From contig CAYILC010000002.1 of the NCBI GenBank assembly GCA_964364145.1, positions 1 to 39,641 on the forward strand: a stretch of DNA of 39,641 bases, in the 5' to 3' direction. Below the pieces are notes generated by a model that did no database searches, was not told the DNA's origin, and saw only the letters and a program-made list of their open reading frames with translations. This document shows, one piece after another, positions 26,932-34,951 of this stretch; the stretch's first letter is position 1, and every line of letters begins with the position of its first letter. Origin of the DNA: an uncultured Pseudomonadales bacterium (GTDB lineage Bacteria > Patescibacteriota > Microgenomatia > UBA1400 > UBA12028). Made by a program: the position numbers and the translations under genes.

Positions 26932-27598
26932 TTCCCAAAAACGCGAGTTCATATATTGGAACCGCAAGATTTCTGTAGATGAGTAAGGACACAAGGTTTA
27001 TTCCTTCAGCTGCAACCGCAATGTGGAACATGAGCTGTGCAAGTTTACTAAACGTCATCCGGATACCAAACATTGCAAGGATCCAACTAAAAAAGACTGC
27101 GTGAACAAAACTCGAGAAAATTCGGCCAATCGCAATCATAATCACAATAAAAACAACAGTCATGGTTGCGGCTGTGGGAAGCGTTTGCTGAGCATGTTGT
27201 TTTACGTCGTTCGCGGTAATGATGAAAGGCTCAGTGTTTGGAAGAAGTTGCGATAATGGTGCGGAAAAGAATTCTTGACCGTTGCTATCAAATGCGACAT
27301 GGTCCTCAAAAACAGCCATTTTGGTATTGAACGGGAGAGAAACTTTCCAAGGCAACTCAAGCCCAGATGCTAAAAGATGACTGCTTTCAAATCGCAGCGA
27401 GGCTTCCTGAGGAAAAGCATGAGCAATCTGTGTTGCGAATGCTCTTGCAATAAAGAAAACAGAGATTCCGGCGATAAACATCAGCAAAAGATAGAATCGA
27501 ATCACAAACCACAACGAAGTTCGTAGTGGAAAAGCGACGACATTCTTGTATGCGTCCAAGTTTGTAAATGATCCAAAAAGTGTCTGCCAGAATTGCAT
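26888..27598 (-). CDS. DUF1189-like polytopic membrane protein
   Basis: From the ATG at 27598: MQFWQTLFGSFTNLDAYKNVVAFPLRTSLWFVIRFYLLLMFIAG.., an N-terminal pattern I associate with DUF1189. There are several TM segments. Its 3' end overlaps the tsf 3' end by 44 nt (convergent). Confidence 0.55.
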   Translation of the reverse strand: MQFWQTLFGSFTNLDAYKNVVAFPLRTSLWFVIRFYLLLMFIAGISVFFIARAFATQIAHAFPQEASLRFESSHLLASGLELPWKVSLPFNTKMAVFEDHVAFDSNGQEFFSAPLSQLLPNTEPFIITANDVKQHAQQTLPTAATMTVVFIVIMIAIGRIFSSFVHAVFFSWILAMFGIRMTFSKLAQLMFHIAVAAEGINLVSLLIYRNLAVPIYELAFLGITLLVLRSLRRPFA

Positions 27599-27667
27599 AT
27601 CGGTATGGTACCATATCAGCAACAAGCGACAAGGAATTGGCGACAGGAAGAACTACAAGGAGACCTC

Positions 27668-28222
27668 ATGATTTTTGACTCGGTAATGTTTTCACACGAT
27701 GGCGACAAAGTTTTGCAAGTTGTCCGTGACGATATGGCGACGGTTCGTACTGGTCGCGCCAAACCCTCTATCGTTGAGAACGTGATGATTGAGGCCTATG
27801 GTTCTCACATGCGCCTTATGGAGGTTGCGATGATCTCGGCGCCGGACACAAATATGATTGTCATCATTCCATGGGACAAATCGTTGATTCAATCAGTTGA
27901 AAAAGGTGTTGCTTCTTCAGGATTAAATTTGAGTCCGGTAGTTGATGGTGATCAGATTCGCGTCACCATCCCCATGCTCACGCAAGAACGCCGCGAGGAA
28001 ATGGTACGGTTGGTGAAACAGAAGTTGGAATCTGGGAAACAAATGCTTCGTGATGTTCGCCAGAAGCACAAAAAAATGATCGAGGACCAAAAGGGGAAGG
28101 CTGGGGTTTCTGAAGATGATATTACGGCTGCGCTTGAGAGTCTTCAGAAGAGTTTTGATGAGTGTGCGGTGAAGTTGGAACAGCTTTCAAAGGATAAAGA
28201 GTCAGAGCTCATGAAAGTGTGA
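27668..28222 (+). CDS. frr: Ribosome recycling factor
   Basis: DMATVRTGRAKPSIVENV, ..ISAPD...I.PWDKS, and PMLTQERREEMVR. An AAGGAG SD lies before the ATG at 27668. Confidence 0.9.
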   Translation: MIFDSVMFSHDGDKVLQVVRDDMATVRTGRAKPSIVENVMIEAYGSHMRLMEVAMISAPDTNMIVIIPWDKSLIQSVEKGVASSGLNLSPVVDGDQIRVTIPMLTQERREEMVRLVKQKLESGKQMLRDVRQKHKKMIEDQKGKAGVSEDDITAALESLQKSFDECAVKLEQLSKDKESELMKV

Positions 28223-28306
28223 TTTTTTCCTTTCTAGCTCAAATCAAGGGCTCTATGTTTGTTGATTTTCGCAAGAAAGGAAAAAATTCTCAGCATACAA
28301 ACCATT

Positions 28307-29416
28307 ATGAACATGCTTATCGTTATTCTTGTCCTTGCGTTCCTTGTTCTGATCCATGAACTGGGGCATTATTTGGCGGCTCGTTTCATAGGCATTCGCG
28401 TGCGTGAGTTTGGATTTGGATATCCGCCACGAGCGTTGAAACTTGGAACATGGAAAAAGACATTATTCTCGTTAAATTGGTTGCCGTTTGGTGGGTTTGT
28501 TCGTTTGGCTGGCGATGATGCTGAATCATTGGAGGGCGCAGGAGAAAAAGATGAAGACGGCTCGGTTATTCCTAAACAAGAGCTGTTTGCCGAAAAACCT
28601 CCTGTCAAACGTTTAGTTGTGGTATTGGCCGGCGTGGTCGTGAACATTGTGTTCGGCATTGCAGCCTTTGCCATTCTATACACAATGTTTGGCATTCCGG
28701 AGAATCTTCCACACCCGCTCATCGAAATTGTTGCACAGGGATCGCCGGCTGAAACTGCACAGTTAAAAAGCGGCGATGAAATTTTATTATTGAATAATCA
28801 AGAAGTAAACTCTGCGCAAGCGTTTATTACAATGCTTCAACAGTTTCGTGGGGAAATCGTAACGATTGAGGTAAAACGCGATGGAGAAGTGTTAAAGCTT
28901 GAGCCGTATGTGCGCACGCCAGAGGAAACGCCAACCGATGAAGGTGGTTTAGGAGTTATGCTTAATGATGTTAAAATTGTGCAATATCCGCCTTGGCAGA
29001 TGATTCCTAAGGGCATTGCTCGTGGAGTTCAGGATTCATATGCCTTCGCAAAACAAATTCTCTCCTCGCTTGGTCAGCTCGTGGTTACACTGGTACAAAA
29101 GCGATCGGTGCCTAATGAGTTAAGCGGGCCAATCGGGATTGTGTATGTCGCGCAAAAACAGGACGTATTTAAGCAGGGGCCGTTCATGGTATTAAACTTT
29201 GCTGGATTGTTGTCACTAAACTTGGGTGTGTTGAACCTGTTGCCAATCCCAGCCCTCGATGGCGGGCGAGCGGTGTTTATTCTTTTAGAGCGTTTGTTGG
29301 GTAAAGAACGACGAGTTCGGTATGAACAACGAGCAAATGCCGTAGGGATGATCTTTTTATTGGGGTTGATTGTCTTGATTAGTGTGAAGGATGTGTTGAT
29401 GATTGTGAGGAAGTAA
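28307..29416 (+). CDS. rseP: RseP-type site-2 protease (M50 with PDZ domain)
   Basis: LIHELGHYLAARF (HExxH), a PDZ-like GSPAETAQLKSGDEIL region, and NLLPIPALDGG. Confidence 0.85.
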   Translation: MNMLIVILVLAFLVLIHELGHYLAARFIGIRVREFGFGYPPRALKLGTWKKTLFSLNWLPFGGFVRLAGDDAESLEGAGEKDEDGSVIPKQELFAEKPPVKRLVVVLAGVVVNIVFGIAAFAILYTMFGIPENLPHPLIEIVAQGSPAETAQLKSGDEILLLNNQEVNSAQAFITMLQQFRGEIVTIEVKRDGEVLKLEPYVRTPEETPTDEGGLGVMLNDVKIVQYPPWQMIPKGIARGVQDSYAFAKQILSSLGQLVVTLVQKRSVPNELSGPIGIVYVAQKQDVFKQGPFMVLNFAGLLSLNLGVLNLLPIPALDGGRAVFILLERLLGKERRVRYEQRANAVGMIFLLGLIVLISVKDVLMIVRK

Positions 29417-29445
29417 ATTTCCTCCTTGAGCCCTCAACCATCCTC

Positions 29446-29454
29446 TGGTACAAT
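29446..29454 (+). promoter_or_regulatory. Extended -10 promoter TGgTACAAT, 6 nt upstream of the rpsT ATG
   Basis: The sequence is TGgTACAATccacctATG. A TTGAGC -35-like hexamer lies 17 nt upstream (29426-29431). There is no SD. Confidence 0.5.
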
Positions 29455-29460
29455 CCACCT

Positions 29461-29709
29461 ATGCCAATTTTATCATCAGCACTCAAAGCACTTCGCCAAA
29501 CCAAACGCAAAACAGCAATAAATCGTCCGGTGAAATCACGTGCGAAGTCTATGATCGACGCCATGAGAAAAGCACCGGATCTCACAAATTTGAGTAAAGC
29601 ATTTTCTGCTGTAGATCGCGCCGTAAAGCGCCACATTATCCATAAAAATAAAGCAGCTCGTGTGAAAAGTCAGTTGAGTAAACTGCTCGTTGGTCTTGCG
29701 AAAAAGTAA
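29461..29709 (+). CDS. rpsT: 30S ribosomal protein S20
   Basis: SALKALRQTKRKTAINRPVKSRAKS.., the typical basic helical S20 pattern. Confidence 0.85.
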   Translation: MPILSSALKALRQTKRKTAINRPVKSRAKSMIDAMRKAPDLTNLSKAFSAVDRAVKRHIIHKNKAARVKSQLSKLLVGLAKK

Positions 29710-29749
29710 GTATTCGGTATAAGTACTCGCGTAAAGTGCATATAACAAA

Positions 29750-30658
29750 ATGAGGCAAATGATCCTGCTTTCGGGTTCTTCGCATCAAGCATTCGCCAAA
29801 GCACTTTCCAAACAAGCACATATTCCTCTCGCCGAGGTTGATCTTTCCATGTTCCCAAATGGCGATCGTCGCGTGTGGGTAAAAACTTCGGTAGCAAACG
29901 AGGATGTTATTCTTGTTCAGTCGTTTTCTCACCCTGTTGATACACATCTCATCGAGTACGCGTTACTTGTGGATGCAGTAGAACGGGCTGGTGCGCGGTC
30001 CATCATTGCATTGGTGCCGTGGATGGGGTACTCATTGCAGGACAAGGTATTTCGATCTGGCGAACCGATTGCCGCGCGCGTGGCGGCGGATATTATTTCT
30101 CACAAAAATGTAAAGCGCGTAGTTCTCATGGATCTGCACAACAATAGTGTGGCTGCCTTTTTTTCTACACCCACCACCATTTTGAGTCCACTTGAGTTGT
30201 TTGTAGATGACGCACTCGAGCACTACTCGAAAAATGAGTTGGTGGTGATTTCTCCAGACTTTGGTGGGTTAAAACGTGCCTCTGTGTTTGCCAAGGCGGT
30301 GGGAGCAGAGATTCATCATATCGACAAAGTGCGCGACCTTCATACAGGCAAAGTTCAAGCAAAGTTTGTTGGCGGGGATATTCGTGGAAAAGTTTGTGTC
30401 GTTATTGATGACTGCATAAACACCGGTTCAACAATTATCGAAGGAGCTCGGGAGCTCAAAAAACACGGTGCAAAACGTGTAGTGTTCTACGCCACACATG
30501 CATTATTGGGTGGGAATGCCTCTCAAGCGTTGCAAAAAAGCGAAGTCAACGAGGTAGTTGTTTCGGATACGGTCTCGGTTGAAGGAAAAATTTTTCCAAA
30601 ATTACGGGTATTGTCGGTTGTTCCGTTGTTTGCGGAAGCGCTCAAGAAACTCCTCTAG
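29750..30658 (+). CDS. prs: Ribose-phosphate pyrophosphokinase (PRPP synthetase)
   Basis: FPNGD, VLMDLH and VVIDDCINTGSTI PRPP-binding loops. Confidence 0.93.
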   Translation: MRQMILLSGSSHQAFAKALSKQAHIPLAEVDLSMFPNGDRRVWVKTSVANEDVILVQSFSHPVDTHLIEYALLVDAVERAGARSIIALVPWMGYSLQDKVFRSGEPIAARVAADIISHKNVKRVVLMDLHNNSVAAFFSTPTTILSPLELFVDDALEHYSKNELVVISPDFGGLKRASVFAKAVGAEIHHIDKVRDLHTGKVQAKFVGGDIRGKVCVVIDDCINTGSTIIEGARELKKHGAKRVVFYATHALLGGNASQALQKSEVNEVVVSDTVSVEGKIFPKLRVLSVVPLFAEALKKLL

Positions 30659-30933
30659 TAGTCAAAAACTTGCTCTAAAAAGATCCAGTTGATTTCTTTG
30701 TTGAGTGGCGATATATTCACGATACTGTTCGCCGTTCAAGGTAGAGTTCTCATACCTTCGAACGTCCATTTCCTCCAAGCGAGCTCTTTATATTCATCGG
30801 TTGTAAAGAAAGGAGTTTCTTATGTCCAGTTTTAGAAGTTGCGATCTTTGTCATGTTTCTGAATTTTCCTTGCAAGGCACCAAGGCTATTGAGCATAAAG
30901 TGCTATAGACAAAATAAAGAATGAGAAATAAAT

Positions 30934-31341
30934 ATGTTAACAAAACAAGATATTAAGACAATTGAATCAAGCATGTTAAAAGTTTTTGAACAGAAATTCA
31001 TGCCTCAGTTATTGCGGGTATTTGTAACAAAAGCGGATTTGAAGCAGGAGTTTGCGAAACATGATCGAAAAATGGATATACGATTCGAACGGTTAGAAAA
31101 GCGCATAGATCATATGGAAAAACGGATGGATGAACGAATAGATGATGCCAACGAGCGTATGCAGGAAATGCAGTCAACACTGAATACGATTCACCTCAAG
31201 CTTGATCAGCATATTGAAGATACTTCTTCTACATTCACTGCACACCTACGCAGGATTCACGAATTACAAGGTATTCCAGTTTCAGATAAATCCAAGGTTG
31301 CATACACAGCCTTAACAGACGATCCTAAGCCCAAAAAATAA
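30934..31341 (+). CDS. Hypothetical coiled-coil protein (135 aa)
   Basis: Heptad-like repeats of charged residues (RFERLEKRIDHMEKRMDERIDDANERMQEMQ). The gene is flanked by long non-coding stretches, and I recognise no family. Confidence 0.45.
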   Translation: MLTKQDIKTIESSMLKVFEQKFMPQLLRVFVTKADLKQEFAKHDRKMDIRFERLEKRIDHMEKRMDERIDDANERMQEMQSTLNTIHLKLDQHIEDTSSTFTAHLRRIHELQGIPVSDKSKVAYTALTDDPKPKK

Positions 31342-31342
31342 A

Positions 31343-31353
31343 TGTGGTATACT
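31343..31353 (+). promoter_or_regulatory. Extended -10 promoter TGTGgTATACT for the T-box leader
   Basis: The TGGTATACT 9-mer is identical to the one at 34079-34087. The predicted TSS is near 31360. Confidence 0.45.
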
Positions 31354-31359
31354 CCTCTA

Positions 31360-31563
31360 AACCGAAGGTGAGGAGTCCGTTCTTCACAGTTTTCTAAAAA
31401 GAGACCGGTGGCAGGCACAGCGCATCTTGAAAAAGTTGCGCAGAACTTGTTCGGGGGCGCCCGAGATAGCGCAAAGAGATCAAAGCATAGTGGTACCACG
31501 CGTCAAAGAATGACCGTCTGTGCAAATACCAGAATTTCTGGCATTTGAGTGGACGGTTTTTTT
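31360..31563 (+). promoter_or_regulatory. T-box riboswitch leader (tRNA-sensing transcription attenuator) upstream of the csaA-like/proS operon
   Basis: T-box sequence AGCATAGTGGTACCACGCG. The antiterminator is helix A1 CAUAG(31486-90)/CUGUG(31518-22), a 7-nt bulge UGGUACC (31491-97), and helix A2 ACG-c-GUC/GACCGU. This competes with a terminator that reuses GACCGUC. AGAGA (31400-04) and GGUGGCA elements lie upstream. Confidence 0.7.
31512..31563 (+). terminator. Intrinsic terminator of the T-box leader
   Basis: A long imperfect hairpin pairs ACCGUC..CAAAU.CCAG (5' arm) with CUGG.AUUUG..GACGGU (3' arm). It is followed by a run of 7 T (31557-31563). Confidence 0.7.
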
Positions 31564-31591
31564 ATACAATCTAAATCTCAAAGGAGGAGAG

Positions 31592-31669
31592 ATGGGACCG
31601 AAAAACATACAACAGCACATAAAGATCGAGAAGAACGCTACCTTGGGGTTATTGACAAAAAATCTTTAA
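31592..31669 (+). CDS. Possible 25-codon small ORF with a strong SD, immediately after the T-box terminator
   Basis: AAAGGAGGAGAG precedes the ATG, and the translation is MGPKNIQQHIKIEKNATLGLLTKNL. A second ORF in another frame (ATG 31675..31800, MSKYICSEVRKRKNTEEVVLELSNFLSFNEQRLLIQAVRHE) follows 5 nt later. Either could be real, or both could be parts of one frameshifted gene. Confidence 0.25.
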   Translation: MGPKNIQQHIKIEKNATLGLLTKNL

Positions 31670-31877
31670 AACAAATGTCAAAATACATCTGTTCTGAAGT
31701 ACGAAAAAGAAAAAATACAGAGGAAGTTGTGCTTGAACTATCGAATTTCCTCTCGTTTAATGAACAGAGACTGCTCATACAAGCAGTTCGACATGAATAG
31801 CATTACATGGGAAGATTTATGAGATTTTCGCCAGGAAGAAACGGAACCATTGTGTATCTATCAAGGAAAGGAAGTAT

Positions 31878-32222
31878 ATGAGTGCAACAGCAACCTATGA
31901 TGATTTTACCAAGCTCGATATTCGTGTTGGCGTAATCGAAGAAGTTTTGGACTTTCCAGAGGCGAGAAAACCGGCATACAAACTGCACATTAACTTTGGC
32001 CTGGAAATTGGCAAGAAATGGAGTAGCGCGCAGGTTACACACTATTATTCAAAAGAAGAGCTGATGGGAATGAAAGTCCTTGGCGTGGTGAACTTTGCGC
32101 CCAAACAGATTGGCCCATTTATAAGTGAGTCACTTACTCTTGGTGTACCGGACGAGAACCACAACTGTATACTGATATCACCGAGCAAAAGTGGTGCAAC
32201 AATTGGTGGAAAAGTATATTAA
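31878..32222 (+). CDS. csaA: tRNA-binding domain protein (CsaA/Trbp111-like OB fold)
   Basis: FTKLDIRVGVIEEV..FPEARKPAYKLHINFG....SAQVT, and ..LGVVNFAPKQIGPFISE. Confidence 0.85.
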   Translation: MSATATYDDFTKLDIRVGVIEEVLDFPEARKPAYKLHINFGLEIGKKWSSAQVTHYYSKEELMGMKVLGVVNFAPKQIGPFISESLTLGVPDENHNCILISPSKSGATIGGKVY

Positions 32223-32231
32223 AGGAGAATT

Positions 32232-33713
32232 ATGAATCAAACAACACAAACAAAACAAGTGAAAACGCAAGCACAGGCAACCAAAACATTTGAAAAGCGC
32301 GGAGTTACAAAAAAATCAGAGAACATGAGCGACTGGTACATTGACGTTATTGTAAAGTCGGGAATGGCGGATTACTCGCCGGTCAAAGGGTGTATTGTGT
32401 ATCGGCCCCTAAGTTACAGTGTTTGGGAAAGCATTCGTGTAGAGATGGATAAAAAATTCAGAAAAATGGGCATCGAAAACTGTTACTTCCCATTGTTTAT
32501 TCCTGAGTCGTTATTGAAAAAAGAGCAACATCATGTTGAGGGATTCTCGCCTGAATTAGCGGTAGTGACGATTGGCGGCGGAGAGGAATTAGCGGAAAAA
32601 CTTATCGTCCGCCCAACCTCCGAGACGATCATGTATGCCATGTACGCAAAATGGGTGCAGTCACACCGCGATCTCCCAATCTTGCTTAATCAATGGAACA
32701 GTGTTGTACGGTGGGAGAAGCGAACCTACTTTTTCCTGCGAGGAATGGAGTTTTTGTGGCAGGAGGCGCATACCGCACACGCGACGCATGCTGAAGCGTG
32801 GCAGCAGGTACTTGTTGCACTCGATGCGTACGCAGAGATCTATCAGGATGTGTTGGCAATTCCAGTGATCAAAGGTCATAAGAGCGAGGCAGAAAAATTT
32901 GCTGGTACAGACAAAACAACGGCGGTTGAGGTGATGATGCCAGACGGCAAGGTACTTCAAGGCGCAACAAGCCACGATCTTGGTCAAAACTTTTCCAAAG
33001 CATTTGAGATTTCATTCCAGAACGAAAAAAGTGAGACAGTGTTTGCTTGGCAAACGAGCTTTGGATTGTCCACGCGCGCTTTGGGCGCGCTTGTGATGGT
33101 GCACGGTGACGATCAAGGCCTCGTGTTTCCACCAATGGTTGCGCCAACGCAGGTAGTGATTATTCCGATTGGTGACGATGATCAACTCCATGAAATGGCT
33201 GATATGAAGCGTTTGGCTTTGGAGAAAGTTGGAGTTCGCGTGAAGGTTGATATGCGCAAAGAATATTCGTTGGGTTTCAAGCGCAACGAGTGGGAACTGA
33301 AGGGAACGCCAATTCGCATTGAGATTGGGAAGAAGGAACTCGAAACTGGTTCTGTTGCTGTGGCTGTTCGCCATAGTGGGGAGAAGATTGTGCAAGACAT
33401 TGCAACATTAGAAGATGCACTGCCAAAACTTCTTGAAAAAATTCAACAAGAAATGTTTGAGAAGGCTGTGAAGATGCGTGAATCTCTAACTTCGAGCGTT
33501 AAAACATATGCTCAATTTAAAGAGATTATGACAACCAAGCGCGGATTCATTCATGCCATGTGGTGCGAAGATCCAACCTGTGAGGCAAAGATTAAGGAAG
33601 AAACGAAGGCGACCACGCGGTGTTTGCCGTTGGATGCAAAGGAAGAGGTGGGGAACTGTATCTACTGCGGAAAACCAGCTAAACACAGGTGGGTTTTTGC
33701 ACAGGCGTACTAG
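32232..33713 (+). CDS. proS: Prolyl-tRNA synthetase, archaeal/eukaryotic-like type (no INS editing domain)
   Basis: Class II motifs (FRGMEFLWQEAHTAH, SFGLSTR), an anticodon-binding domain, and a C-terminal Zn-binding domain C..C...C.YCG ending in ..FAQAY. Confidence 0.95.
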   Translation: MNQTTQTKQVKTQAQATKTFEKRGVTKKSENMSDWYIDVIVKSGMADYSPVKGCIVYRPLSYSVWESIRVEMDKKFRKMGIENCYFPLFIPESLLKKEQHHVEGFSPELAVVTIGGGEELAEKLIVRPTSETIMYAMYAKWVQSHRDLPILLNQWNSVVRWEKRTYFFLRGMEFLWQEAHTAHATHAEAWQQVLVALDAYAEIYQDVLAIPVIKGHKSEAEKFAGTDKTTAVEVMMPDGKVLQGATSHDLGQNFSKAFEISFQNEKSETVFAWQTSFGLSTRALGALVMVHGDDQGLVFPPMVAPTQVVIIPIGDDDQLHEMADMKRLALEKVGVRVKVDMRKEYSLGFKRNEWELKGTPIRIEIGKKELETGSVAVAVRHSGEKIVQDIATLEDALPKLLEKIQQEMFEKAVKMRESLTSSVKTYAQFKEIMTTKRGFIHAMWCEDPTCEAKIKEETKATTRCLPLDAKEEVGNCIYCGKPAKHRWVFAQAY

Positions 33714-33768
33714 GTGTTTTGGAATGTTTTTTGGAGTTTGTAATAACCTGTATCGGCTATTGTTCTCT

Positions 33769-34029
33769 TTATGTGAGATTTGCGAGAACTGCTTGGGCAA
33801 AACATCGATCGAAGATTGCTGAATACATGAACTCTACTCCTTCTACATGAACGGTAAAATTCAATCCTTGAGAAGTTTTTTCCAAGACAATCTCGTCTTG
33901 GCTGAATTTTAACCCACGACTCTTGAGATCATCGATAAAACTGACTAAAATACGATCAAGAAATACATTGATTTCTTCCTGTTCTACAATCATTCCTGCT
34001 GGAAGTTCATAGGTACCCGTATAAGCCAT
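33769..34029 (-). CDS. Hypothetical small protein (86 aa)
   Basis: The ATG at 34029 is preceded by AAAGGAGGAATA. I recognise no family. Confidence 0.5.
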   Translation of the reverse strand: MAYTGTYELPAGMIVEQEEINVFLDRILVSFIDDLKSRGLKFSQDEIVLEKTSQGLNFTVHVEGVEFMYSAIFDRCFAQAVLANLT

Positions 34030-34078
34030 TATTCCTCCTTTGTGTTCGCCATTATATGACATCAATCTAAGAAATCAA

Positions 34079-34087
34079 TGGTATACT
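34079..34087 (+). promoter_or_regulatory. Extended -10 promoter TGgTATACT, 6 nt upstream of the DHH-like gene ATG
   Basis: The sequence is TGgTATACTcaaggcATG, with no SD. Confidence 0.45.
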
Positions 34088-34093
34088 CAAGGC

Positions 34094-34951
34094 ATGAACC
34101 TCCTCGTTACTCATCGCGCTCCCGACATCGACGCGATCACATCGGTCTGGATTCTCAAACGGTTTGATCCCGAACATTTTGCCGACGCAAAAATCGAGTT
34201 TGTAGATGCTGGCAAAAGCATGACCGCAAATCAAGCTGCAGAGTTTGGCGTATCTCTTTCTGACGTGACCCATGTTGATACAGGCGAAGGGGAGTTTGAC
34301 CACCATCAAAAGGACAGCGCAGGCCAACGCTCGTGTGCCTCAAGCCTTGTGTATGCACATGTAAAAAAAGTAAATCCCGCGCTTGCAAACGATTGGCCGC
34401 TTCAGCAGATCATAGAGTATTCGCTTGCGGACGATCATTTTGAAGACTACTTTTTGTCTGATGCAGACTCTGTGCGTCATCTTTTTGCACTGCGATGGAT
34501 CATCAAAGGGGCGGAAAGTTCGGCATTACATGACGATGATTCGCAGATGCAGTTTGGATTTCGTATGCTCGATGCTATTTATGCGTCACTCAAAGACCGA
34601 CATCACGCGGACAAAGACATTGAGAAAGGAACAAAGTTTCAATCGAAATGGGGGAACTCGATTGGACTGCAAACATCCAACAGTTCAGCGGTGCGATTCG
34701 CGCAACTTAAAGGATACACACTCGTGATCCAAAAGGATCCGAAGCGTGGCGGGATGAATATTAAAGCCGCTCCCATCAAAGAGTACGATCTTACTCCGCT
34801 GTATGAAAAGATTATCCAAAAAGACAGCGTAGGCGGATGGTATTTTCATAACGGTAAGCGCATGATTATCAATAACTCGAGTCATTCCGACCAAAAACCA
34901 ACGCCATTAACTTTAGAACAGGTGATTGAAATTGCAAAGGAGTGCGTATGA
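34094..34951 (+). CDS. DHH-superfamily phosphoesterase-like protein
   Basis: LLVTHRAPDIDAITSVWIL (motif I-like DxD), VDTGEGEFDHHQ (motifs II/III, DHH), and a C-terminal GGWYFHNG. The subfamily is unclear. Confidence 0.5.
   Translation: MNLLVTHRAPDIDAITSVWILKRFDPEHFADAKIEFVDAGKSMTANQAAEFGVSLSDVTHVDTGEGEFDHHQKDSAGQRSCASSLVYAHVKKVNPALANDWPLQQIIEYSLADDHFEDYFLSDADSVRHLFALRWIIKGAESSALHDDDSQMQFGFRMLDAIYASLKDRHHADKDIEKGTKFQSKWGNSIGLQTSNSSAVRFAQLKGYTLVIQKDPKRGGMNIKAAPIKEYDLTPLYEKIIQKDSVGGWYFHNGKRMIINNSSHSDQKPTPLTLEQVIEIAKECV

Noticed and set aside
31351-31376. Hairpin ACTCCTC-(taaaCCGAaggt)-GAGGAGT as an ultrashort T-box Stem I presenting a Pro codon (CCG followed by A)
   Set aside because: It is attractive because the downstream synthetase is ProRS. 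However, its 5' arm overlaps the -10 hexamer of the best promoter candidate (31348-31353), so it would not be transcribed intact. I keep it only as an alternative to be tested by covariance-model alignment.
31549-31800. 83-aa track ORF starting at GTG 31549
   Set aside because: The proposed start lies inside the 3' arm of the T-box terminator hairpin and lacks an SD. If this frame is coding at all, it more likely starts at ATG 31675.
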